Shown: positions 19,202 through 27,775 of the stretch, one piece after another
Layout: the number at the start of each line of letters is the position of its first letter
Position numbering within the stretch: the stretch's first letter is position 1
NCBI GenBank assembly: GCA_029856105.1
Contig: JAHQWH010000143.1
Coordinates: 1-27,956 of the forward strand
DNA: 27,956 nt
Direction: 5' to 3'
DNA from: Promethearchaeia archaeon
GTDB lineage: Archaea > Asgardarchaeota > Lokiarchaeia > Sigyniarchaeales > SOKP01
The notes under the pieces: generated by a model
Seen by the model: the letters and a program-made list of their open reading frames with translations, nothing else
What the model was told of the DNA's origin: nothing
The model's database searches: none
Position numbers and translations under genes: made by a program

Positions 19202-20365
19202 CTATAACCAACCTACTGGTAATCCAAATAAGCATATCATAAGTTGAAGCCCAATTGGAATAAATATGGGATTTAATATATTATCTGCGGTAACTGACGG
19301 TAAGTAATCAATTAGAAAGAAAACGAGAGCTCCCATTATTGCATAAATTGGTCCTACAAATATAAAACCTATAATATACGCAACGGCTACTCCAGCAATA
19401 AATCCTTCAACAGATTTAACGTCTTTATTTCTAAGCGTAACCTTATGCTTTCCAAATCTTCTCCCGATTAAAGCAGCAGATGCATCAGAAAGGCACGCTA
19501 TAAGTATTCCTGCAAAAAACACAAAAATATGAATTATCCCCGCCATGTAAAGCATATAAGCAAAAATAAATCCTGTTATTATGTAAATTTGCGGTCCGGC
19601 AGCATTTTTTTCTTTATTTCGTAGCATAGATTTAGATAAGAAGTTAAAAAAGGAATATTCTGGCCCCCAAACGATTCGAATTATATCAGATGCAATAGTA
19701 AAGGCTAAAGAAGCAATTAAAGCGAACATAGTAATCTCTACAACAGCTTGAAAATCTCCAAAAACATATGGAAAATTGGCTATATCCCCCCATAATAAAT
19801 TATAAGATGGTTCAATTTGGTGAATAAATGTTATAACGCTATCATTTACCAGTAGAGTTATTGGAGGGATTGTCATAAAACCAAAAAAAGCCAAAAATAT
19901 TAGAAGCCCCGATAAATGAAAACTTTTTCTGAATAATTCCATCCTAAATGGGATTTCTTCTCTATAAGGATTTTCTCTCGTCATTCTTCTAATGTATCTC
20001 CTTAAAATCGTTTTTTCTTTATTTTTTCCTTCCTTATTAAACTGATCTTTCTCCTCTCTTTCCATTTTATTTATAATCATTCTGATGATTGTTGTAAATA
20101 AGAGATTAAAAAGTAGTGTCATGCCAATCCACCACACCATAAACCCGTTGTAAGGGAATGATAAAAACCCGATAACAGAGTTGTAATATCCAAAAATTAA
20201 AAAACATATCCCGCAAAGAAATGATGAGATTCCTCCATACTTGTTTTTTGCCCTATATCCCTTAATCCCTATGTAATACATCAAACTCATTAGAACGAAA
20301 AAAAACAGCGATAATGTGGTATTATAAAGACTCTCCACTAAAGCCCAATATTCCATAATTAGCAA
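19202..20365 (-). CDS. CTP-dependent polyprenol/diacylglycerol kinase family (dolichol/phytol kinase-like) membrane protein
   Basis: ELFRKSFH, SDASAALIGRRFGKHK, KSVEG, DNILNP. Confidence 0.8.
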   Translation of the reverse strand: MLIMEYWALVESLYNTTLSLFFFVLMSLMYYIGIKGYRAKNKYGGISSFLCGICFLIFGYYNSVIGFLSFPYNGFMVWWIGMTLLFNLLFTTIIRMIINKMEREEKDQFNKEGKNKEKTILRRYIRRMTRENPYREEIPFRMELFRKSFHLSGLLIFLAFFGFMTIPPITLLVNDSVITFIHQIEPSYNLLWGDIANFPYVFGDFQAVVEITMFALIASLAFTIASDIIRIVWGPEYSFFNFLSKSMLRNKEKNAAGPQIYIITGFIFAYMLYMAGIIHIFVFFAGILIACLSDASAALIGRRFGKHKVTLRNKDVKSVEGFIAGVAVAYIIGFIFVGPIYAIMGALVFFLIDYLPSVTADNILNPIFIPIGLQLMICLFGLPVGWL

Positions 20366-20461
20366 TCAAATTAGTAAAGTTAATTATTTTTATAATTAAC
20401 TATTAAATAATTATTCTTTGGTTTCATTTATTATATCATTAACAAAAATTAATCGTATTTT

Positions 20462-21025
20462 TTGATGAAAATGGATGATTTAGAGAAAGAAAAAACCGAA
20501 GGTTTAGATTTTCAATACTTAGGGGATGTCATCGACAAGAAAAAGGAAATTGGTAATAAATACATCACTCCCGGATTTGGATTAGCGGGCCAATTATTTT
20601 CCATGGTGGCAAAACATGTTATTAAGGAATTAGGTCCTGAAAAAGGTGAAGCTCTTCTTAAAGATGCAATTGAAGAATTTGGACTTGAAAGAGGTAACCG
20701 AATAGCAGAAAAAGTAAAAGCCGAGAGTAAATCGTTGTCCTTAAAGAATTGGTTGATTTATACGGATATTGACTCTATTGAAAACTTTCGTCCTATTAGT
20801 AGCACACCTAATGGCGATTTCGTAGTGAAAATTAAACATTGTACGTTTATTAATGCTGCTAAAGAATGGGGTTTAAATGAATATGCTAAAATTTATTGCA
20901 AATATGTAGATTATAAAATTCTTGAAGGATATAATCCTGATGTGAAACTTATTCTCGAATCTCGACACGATACCGGAGCTAATCGTTGCGTGTTTCGCTA
21001 TGTCATGAAGGAAGAAAACAAATAA
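20462..21025 (+). CDS. L-2-amino-thiazoline-4-carboxylate hydrolase-like (V4R-like) protein
   Basis: AIEEFGLERG, CTFINAAKEWG, YCKYVD, GYNPD, GANRCVF. Confidence 0.8.
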   Translation: MMKMDDLEKEKTEGLDFQYLGDVIDKKKEIGNKYITPGFGLAGQLFSMVAKHVIKELGPEKGEALLKDAIEEFGLERGNRIAEKVKAESKSLSLKNWLIYTDIDSIENFRPISSTPNGDFVVKIKHCTFINAAKEWGLNEYAKIYCKYVDYKILEGYNPDVKLILESRHDTGANRCVFRYVMKEENK

Positions 21026-21274
21026 ACGATTAAAAAACACTAAATGAAAATTGTTTTTAATTAAACGATAAAATTATAAGTGTAATTTTGGATAATAGTT
21101 ATAGCAAGGCACATATCTTTATCTACATATTATAAACTTTAATAAACCTATAATAGAGTAGATTTTTATATAAACGAATAAAAAAAAAAAATAAAAAGTA
21201 CCAATCTATTTAAAATATAAGTGATAATTATCTTTATTAAATCTAATAAATAATATTTATCTAATAAAAATCTA

Positions 21275-21667
21275 GTGAAGGAGAAAGTGACAGTAATGGA
21301 CCCCAATACGCCCGATAGCCTTGATGATATACTCAAAAGACTTCTTGGAGCAATTCCGGAAGTAAAATCTGCTGCTATAGTATCAGCTGAAGGCCTTCCG
21401 ATCGCTTCTGCACTTCCACAAGGCATAGACGAGACGAGAATTGCTGCAATGACAGCCGCTCTTCTATCATTATCCGAAAGAGCGATTATCGAAATGGCAA
21501 AGGGTGATTTCGACCAATTATATATTAAGGGAAGTGATGGCTATCTTTTGGTCATGCAGGCGGGCCCAAACGCTGTTTTGACCGTTTCTACAACTAAAGA
21601 AGTTCGGCTCGGGTTAATTTTATTAGATTGTAGAAGAACTTGTGAAAAAATAGCGCAATTAATATAA
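21275..21667 (+). CDS. Roadblock/LC7 (MglB-like) protein (likely start ATG 21296)
   Basis: AAIVSAEGLPIASALP...RIAAMTAALLSLSER...IKGSDG...LGLILLD. Confidence 0.92.
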   Translation: MKEKVTVMDPNTPDSLDDILKRLLGAIPEVKSAAIVSAEGLPIASALPQGIDETRIAAMTAALLSLSERAIIEMAKGDFDQLYIKGSDGYLLVMQAGPNAVLTVSTTKEVRLGLILLDCRRTCEKIAQLI

Positions 21668-21977
21668 AAAACAGAAATATTATTTGTTAAGAAATTACAT
21701 CACAATTCAAACTCTTTTGAATCTCATACTTTCTAATGTAAAAATCACAAATTATTAATTTTATGATTCATTTTTGTTATTACTAACACCTATTTGCTTT
21801 AAGGATACTTTATTATGTTCAAATTAGTTCAATTTATCAAACTCAATCTAAATAATCGTGGTGTGTGTGTCTGTGTCGCTTTCTAACGGCTTGAGTTCTT
21901 ATTAGAAATAAGAATTAAAAATAAAATCAAAAATAAAATAAAATAAGTCGAGGGCGTGTTCATAACCCCACAGGACG

Positions 21978-22322
21978 GGCACAAAACTTATGCGAAAGCA
22001 CTCCAAAGTACGTAATATCGATCGGGCTTAATTACGACGGAATTCACGATTTCGCCCCTTACGAGAAGTTAGACCAGAAAGCAGAAAGAATCTCCGATTT
22101 TAGCAATTTAGCAAAGGAATCGGTTATGTTTGGGACCGATTGGATTTATAATTTTAACAATCTCGAGAATAACGAGCTTTTAGAAAAAAAAGATGATATT
22201 TGGGACGAATACAAACCAAAAGACCAAATTTTTGAAATTTACAAGCTCGTAGACATGAGCGAGAATAACCCTAAGTTTTCCGAACTATTCTACGAAATTA
22301 GGCACAAAACTTATGCGAAAGC
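21978..22322. repeat. 22-bp exact direct repeat GGCACAAAACTTATGCGAAAGC (21978-21999 and 22301-22322)
   Basis: Read directly from the sequence; the two copies lie in different reading frames. Confidence 0.88.
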
Positions 22323-25300
22323 TTGGGAAGAATACAAACTTCAATTAACAGGAGATATAATCGAACAAGTATTTATGTCTGTTACAGCTTCTCTTCTTAG
22401 CGCAGCCGTCGAAGCAGCTATTACTGCCGTCACAGTAGGAACTGGCTGGTCAGCTGCCAAAGCTGCAGCTACTTTAACCTATGTAGCTGTATACACATTA
22501 ATGACAAAGTTTAGCATCGATAGGAAACTTCACGAAGCGGAGTCTAAAGAACGCTCCAAGACCTTCTATCCCGCCTCTGACGTGAAAGTAGAGCCCGAAT
22601 ATCTCAACGAGAAATGTATATACGATAGGGTTCTCCAAGACACGATGGCAGCAGCGCTTCTTGGGCACCCAGGAGGCTTCTACCAAACGGTGAGCGGTGA
22701 CGAGCCCGGTAATTCGTACACCGGTCATTTAGTGGTAAGTCCTCCCAACCTAGCCCGCGTATTAAGCTCGTTCGGCGGATTTTTAGACTTACTCTGGGAA
22801 AATTTCTGGAACGCAGGAGAATCGGACCCTGACTCCTACACCGCCCTCGATTTCGACGACCTAAACTTGGATTACTTGCTAACGACCAGCGAGTTGCCCT
22901 TCTACAACACAAAAACTTATTACACCTACCACAACACGGAGTTTGTTTTCGACACTTACAACATGTATTCCTACAACACTTTAGGCGCTCTCGAAACTCA
23001 AGTATTGGAAGGTTCGAGCGGTCAATTCGACGCGATCAGACCTACCTGCATAGATGGCGCTCCACAATACGAGTTTATCAATAGTACGCTTTATAACACG
23101 GTTCTACCGCAGCAAATTCTGTACGGACCAGTCGTGTTAAGCCAGACTAGGTACGATCAGATTAAACCCGCTTTGGGTCGACTTACTGTGAAAGTTCGAT
23201 GCAAAGACTACGATAAAACGCTGGGAATCAACCCTTACGCCATGAACGAGATAGAGCAAGAAGTTTACGAGGCTAAAGTACCGCTTAACGACAACGGCTT
23301 CGAATACCCGATTAGATACGTTTACATTGACGTGGTAAACTACGACGTGTTCGAAGGAACTAATTATTTTGCTCAAGATTTGCTGGTTAACGAGTCAGAT
23401 TACGCGATAGATTGCGGCAACCTTTACTTTACCAAGTCTCTCGAAGGAATTATTTCGGAAAAATATTCGGGTTTCGAAGAGTTTCTATCCGAAACTTGGG
23501 CTAGCGACTTGATTAAGTCTACTATATATTACAATGTTCGCGTAGTTTTCGATAGGTTCGTTCCCGACACCACGGACGAGACCAATAACCTAGCTTTAGC
23601 TCAAGCGACCTCTTACGCAATTATGGACTATTTTAACCAGTATACTTACGCGGAGATCAGCGCCAATATGATTTCTGAGGTTACCTACACCGAGACTTTA
23701 ACTTTTTGGTCTACTTTAATCAGCGCCCCGCTCGTCTATTTCGGTTCTTGGGCCGTTTCTGCTGGGGTTGGAAAAATGTTCGGGGAGGCAGGTTCTAAAG
23801 CCGTTCAAGCAACACTACAAAAGTCAATAATGGGAGGTCTCGTTGGAACGGTGGTAAGCCCCATTAAAGAAGTGTTCCAAGAAATCATTGAGGACGGGTT
23901 TAAAGAAGCGTTAATAGAAAACTTGGTAAGCATCGCGGGAGGAACGGACGATTTAGGCTTCTGGTTATCGTCGCTAAGCACTTCCGTTAGAGAGGTTAAA
24001 GGCGCGTTAGGGCAACTTACTTTTGGAGAGACTAACCTAAAAAATACTTTTACGCTTATTCACGCCATATCTTCGGGAGACATCGATACCAGGTTAGAAT
24101 TTGAGCAGAGAATCGCGCAAGACTTAAAGCAAAGACAAGAAGCAGAAAAAGCTAAGCAAGCGCAGATGAGTTTCTGGGACAATATGCTCAAGACCGACTT
24201 ATTGAAAGGACTTTTCATGGTAATACCGTCGATCTTTTTCGGCTCTTTTAGTTTTATTGCGCTATCTGGTTTTAATAAAATGGTAACGAGCTCAATTAAG
24301 CTCTCTCCGGCGGCATACGCGGAACACGCTTCGTGGAAGCACAGTAGGAGGAAGAAAGACACGATAAAAGCGGTTGGAACCCAAAGAGCTTTCTCTTCAG
24401 GTCGTATATTTACCGATAGAGTTTTAGGAGCAACGAAAAAGCCCGCCGAGCTAGAGTCAGTAGCTTCAGATATCAACAACGAATTTAAAGACGAACAAGA
24501 AACTGGAATCTTACCCCCGCCTCAAACTGCTCAAATACCTACGACCAATCCTAATCCAAAAACTGAAACGAGAAAAATACTTGCTGATAAATTTAACACG
24601 ATTGCGTTTGAAAACTATTTTAACGAGTGGATTGAAGGATATATATTTAGCGACGAGAGATTTAAAGCTTTTAAATCGGAGTTCAAACAAGTTCAGCAAA
24701 ATTATAGAGAAATTGGATTTCAAAAAGCGGAGAAAGATGCGATTGATATCATCAAAAACGCGCTTAAAGAGGATAAATTCAACCTAAGATTCCTTAACAT
24801 GTTCGGTGTGGAGTTTTACGATCCCGATTTTATTTTAATTGGCGCTTCTGGTCCTAGCACTAGGACGGAAGGCTCTCAATTATTGAAGCAGAATGCTTTT
24901 GAAGCGAAGATGACCACTTTAGACAAAGTAAACGAAATTAAGGGCTATTTCGGCGTGAGCGGCGATTATGCGATGTATGTTAAAGTGAGAGACGATCAAC
25001 TCATCTCCATCCCTGTAGATAGTGAGACAAATCTTGCAAATTGGTTAACAGACAACCATCACAGTATCGATAGCAAGATTTACGTAGCACCGAGTTCCCT
25101 TACTATTGAAGAATTCCATACTCTCGACAACTGGCAAGATCACCCCTCTTACGTTTTACAAGATAATATAAAAAGTTTGTTTTCAATAGAATTCGATAAA
25201 GAATTTTACCAATTACTAGAAATTTCCGAAGGTATTTTTGGATACCATAATAACAAGTTAAAAAAGAGCCTTAACTCTCTTTTCACTGACCGTACTCTTT

Positions 25301-26688
25301 ATCAATGGTTATTTAAAGTTGAGAACCATCCCGCAATAACTGGCGAGAATAAAAGAACTTTTCAAACATTAATAATGAATTATAGAGCAGATAATGGGTT
25401 ACAATATCAAGATCCTGCAATCGATACTTTAGTAGGAGCTCTTAGAATGGCCGTTCAGCACGAGGATGGTTTCGATACTCCATCTGACCGTAAACTAAGT
25501 GACTTTTTTAATTTTGATCCTACTATAAAGATTTTCAGGAAAGGAGCCCGAAGTATCCTATTCCAACAAGATCATGTGCTTAAGCTAGTTTACGGTTTAT
25601 ACAGAAGAAGTTCTGCTCGATTTATTTTGAACAATTTTGGCAAGACTACTGTTTTAGACGAGGGAAGAACATCTCTAGCTGTTAGAAAAGCTTTATTAGC
25701 TATTAATCAATATTGTGAATCAAAAGATAGTATTAATTTTGGTGAAGCTCCACCGCTTCAAAGGTTGATAACAGCATGTAGTTGGCACCTATCAGATATT
25801 CATAATGGAGGAAATTATTATATAAGATCTGAATTAGCAGGTTTATTCGGTTTAGAGATTCATATTATTGACAAGTATCTTACTGGAGTTTCCAGAAATG
25901 TAAAGAATATGGATTTTATTGAAAGAATCCGAGATTTAGTGTCAGACTTGAAAGAAGACTTAAACAGAGACCAGAGTGCCGTTTTAGGAGAGTTATATAG
26001 AAGATTCTATGCTTATAACTCCAGATCCTTTTCAGGGGTTCACAGAGCTCTTGGCGATCTCACTCTTTCTGACATATACGATTCTTCAAGGGAAGATTAC
26101 ACTTCTAGATGGTTTAATCCAGATGTTGCAGCCAAACATTACGTTGAATTGCTTCTTAAACAAGGCGGATTGTTGCCCGCTGGGAGGAGAGGAGAAGGAG
26201 CTGATAATTACGACGTCTCACTTTTTAAGGCTAGACACCATATTGATTTCTATAAACCTTCTATTGATCCATTAAATCTTATTCTTTTAGGAAACTTGCA
26301 TTATAATTTTATAAACCACGAAGCAAAAGGTGATTTAGATTACTATACGCGTATGCGTTACATGCGCGATAGTTTCGAAAATGCAATACCCCCGTCCTGT
26401 TGGGAATCAAATTTGCAAGACCTTTACATAGAACGCCTTAAGGAATTTATTATTGGATGGGAAAACGATAGAGTTATTCAATATACAAAACAAGGACCTC
26501 CAACCTATGAATTTGTTGATGGAGAGTGGGTAATCGTAGATATAAAAATTGATTTTATTAAAATGAACTATAAAGGAAAAACATATGACCTACAGGGAAT
26601 GCTCGAAAAAGGGTGGATTACAGAAGACTGGGTTAGTAGCATCATACAAGATTTAAGGCAAAAATTAGAAAGTAGAGGATTGATGTAA
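22126..26688 (+). CDS. Large multidomain protein, probably a 5'-truncated giant protein, with hydrophobic Gly/Ala-rich segments and a C-terminal HNH-like nuclease motif (polymorphic-toxin-like)
   Basis: The frame stays open upstream to 21937 without an ATG. TM-like segments at ~22375-22510, ~23700-23870 and ~24210-24270; Pro-rich linker at ~24511-24560; RHHIDFYKPSIDPLNLILLGNLH at ~26233-26301. Confidence 0.6.
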   Translation: MFGTDWIYNFNNLENNELLEKKDDIWDEYKPKDQIFEIYKLVDMSENNPKFSELFYEIRHKTYAKAWEEYKLQLTGDIIEQVFMSVTASLLSAAVEAAITAVTVGTGWSAAKAAATLTYVAVYTLMTKFSIDRKLHEAESKERSKTFYPASDVKVEPEYLNEKCIYDRVLQDTMAAALLGHPGGFYQTVSGDEPGNSYTGHLVVSPPNLARVLSSFGGFLDLLWENFWNAGESDPDSYTALDFDDLNLDYLLTTSELPFYNTKTYYTYHNTEFVFDTYNMYSYNTLGALETQVLEGSSGQFDAIRPTCIDGAPQYEFINSTLYNTVLPQQILYGPVVLSQTRYDQIKPALGRLTVKVRCKDYDKTLGINPYAMNEIEQEVYEAKVPLNDNGFEYPIRYVYIDVVNYDVFEGTNYFAQDLLVNESDYAIDCGNLYFTKSLEGIISEKYSGFEEFLSETWASDLIKSTIYYNVRVVFDRFVPDTTDETNNLALAQATSYAIMDYFNQYTYAEISANMISEVTYTETLTFWSTLISAPLVYFGSWAVSAGVGKMFGEAGSKAVQATLQKSIMGGLVGTVVSPIKEVFQEIIEDGFKEALIENLVSIAGGTDDLGFWLSSLSTSVREVKGALGQLTFGETNLKNTFTLIHAISSGDIDTRLEFEQRIAQDLKQRQEAEKAKQAQMSFWDNMLKTDLLKGLFMVIPSIFFGSFSFIALSGFNKMVTSSIKLSPAAYAEHASWKHSRRKKDTIKAVGTQRAFSSGRIFTDRVLGATKKPAELESVASDINNEFKDEQETGILPPPQTAQIPTTNPNPKTETRKILADKFNTIAFENYFNEWIEGYIFSDERFKAFKSEFKQVQQNYREIGFQKAEKDAIDIIKNALKEDKFNLRFLNMFGVEFYDPDFILIGASGPSTRTEGSQLLKQNAFEAKMTTLDKVNEIKGYFGVSGDYAMYVKVRDDQLISIPVDSETNLANWLTDNHHSIDSKIYVAPSSLTIEEFHTLDNWQDHPSYVLQDNIKSLFSIEFDKEFYQLLEISEGIFGYHNNKLKKSLNSLFTDRTLYQWLFKVENHPAITGENKRTFQTLIMNYRADNGLQYQDPAIDTLVGALRMAVQHEDGFDTPSDRKLSDFFNFDPTIKIFRKGARSILFQQDHVLKLVYGLYRRSSARFILNNFGKTTVLDEGRTSLAVRKALLAINQYCESKDSINFGEAPPLQRLITACSWHLSDIHNGGNYYIRSELAGLFGLEIHIIDKYLTGVSRNVKNMDFIERIRDLVSDLKEDLNRDQSAVLGELYRRFYAYNSRSFSGVHRALGDLTLSDIYDSSREDYTSRWFNPDVAAKHYVELLLKQGGLLPAGRRGEGADNYDVSLFKARHHIDFYKPSIDPLNLILLGNLHYNFINHEAKGDLDYYTRMRYMRDSFENAIPPSCWESNLQDLYIERLKEFIIGWENDRVIQYTKQGPPTYEFVDGEWVIVDIKIDFIKMNYKGKTYDLQGMLEKGWITEDWVSSIIQDLRQKLESRGLM

Positions 26689-26769
26689 AGTCAATAATAA
26701 TATCACAAATTATTAAATCTTAGTACAGCTATGATTAAATTATAAACAATTACTTTTTTTTATTTAACA

Positions 26770-27630
26770 ATGAAAAATATAAGAGAATTAAATTCTAAGG
26801 ATTTAGAAGGTTTAAATTCTGAGGAATATTATCATCTTATGGAATTAGACGACTTGATATGCAGCAATCTCAAAGGGGGGCAGGTTGGTGATTCGAGTCC
26901 GATCTATCTTGAGATTGAAAGCGGGTGTATCGTTAAACTTGATTTGGTTTCGTGTCGTTTGCCCTCGGTCCCTCGTGTTGTTTGGGAGTTTAAGATGCTA
27001 AAAGATTTAGATTTGGATAGAAACGCGATTGAAACTTTTCCCAATACAATTGAGAAACTAGAATTCTTAGAAGTTTTAAGCATATCTGATAATAAGCTAA
27101 GTGTTTTTCCTGAGTCGATAACAAAGGTTACCTCTCTGCAAAGCCTAAATTTGGCGAATAACAACATCGTTTCAATGCCGAGTTCGATTGGACATTTAAA
27201 AAATCTCCGTCATCTTGCCTTGACCAATAATCGGCTTAAAACGCTACCCGAGTCAATAGGGGGGCTGATATCTTTAAAGACATTCTACTTGAAAGAAAAT
27301 GAACTGGAAAAACTACCAGAAGGTTTTGGAGGTTTAAAAAGTTTAAAAGAATTTTCTATTAGAAATAATCGGTTAAAAACAATCCCCGTGTCGATTGGAA
27401 ATCTTAAGAACTTGAGCTACTTAGATTTATCAAACAATTGTTTGGAGAAATTACCTGACACAATCGGGGAAATGGAGTCGTTAAGTACTCTTTGGTTAGG
27501 GGGGAACGGATTAAAGAAATTACCTGATTCTATTACTAAGTTAAAGTCGATAAAGACGATACGACTAAAAGGAAACCCTTTAGTCTCCATTCCAGACGGT
27601 CTAATAAAGGAATCTATTAAAATCCTTTGA
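26770..27630 (+). CDS. Leucine-rich repeat protein (~10 x 23-aa repeats)
   Basis: Repeated LxxLxLxxNxLxxLPxxIGxL. Confidence 0.95.
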   Translation: MKNIRELNSKDLEGLNSEEYYHLMELDDLICSNLKGGQVGDSSPIYLEIESGCIVKLDLVSCRLPSVPRVVWEFKMLKDLDLDRNAIETFPNTIEKLEFLEVLSISDNKLSVFPESITKVTSLQSLNLANNNIVSMPSSIGHLKNLRHLALTNNRLKTLPESIGGLISLKTFYLKENELEKLPEGFGGLKSLKEFSIRNNRLKTIPVSIGNLKNLSYLDLSNNCLEKLPDTIGEMESLSTLWLGGNGLKKLPDSITKLKSIKTIRLKGNPLVSIPDGLIKESIKIL

Positions 27631-27700
27631 GTTTCGATTGAGTTTCGAGATTATTTTTTTCTTTCCATAAATTATTAATTTTATGCTTCTTTTTCATTAG

Positions 27701-27754
27701 CAATATTAACTATTATTAATAACAATATTAACTATTATTAATAACAATATTAAC
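27701..27754. repeat. Tandem repeat, 22-bp unit CAATATTAACTATTATTAATAA x ~2.5
   Basis: Read directly from the sequence, upstream of rpo7. Confidence 0.9.
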
Positions 27755-27775
27755 AAAAATAACGGGTGCAATGAA

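Larger units (their letters stand above)
21746..27689. mobile_element. Putative inserted island bounded by a 24-bp imperfect direct repeat
   Basis: CACAAATTATTAATTTTATGATTC (21746-21769) versus CATAAATTATTAATTTTATGCTTC (27666-27689). The interior has an atypical composition. No integrase or transposase is visible. Confidence 0.5.

Noticed and set aside
21948-21966. GAGGGCGTGTTCATAAC resembling an IS5-family terminal inverted repeat at the junction of the giant gene
   Set aside because: I found no partner inverted repeat or transposase in the window, and the resemblance is from memory only.
21978-22322. 22-bp repeat as a diversity-generating retroelement TR/VR pair
   Set aside because: It is too short, has no adenine-specific mismatches and there is no reverse transcriptase in the window.
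22498-27167. Short alternative-frame or antisense ORFs within the giant ORF and the LRR gene
   Set aside because: They are fully nested, lack motifs and are expected in more GC-rich coding DNA.
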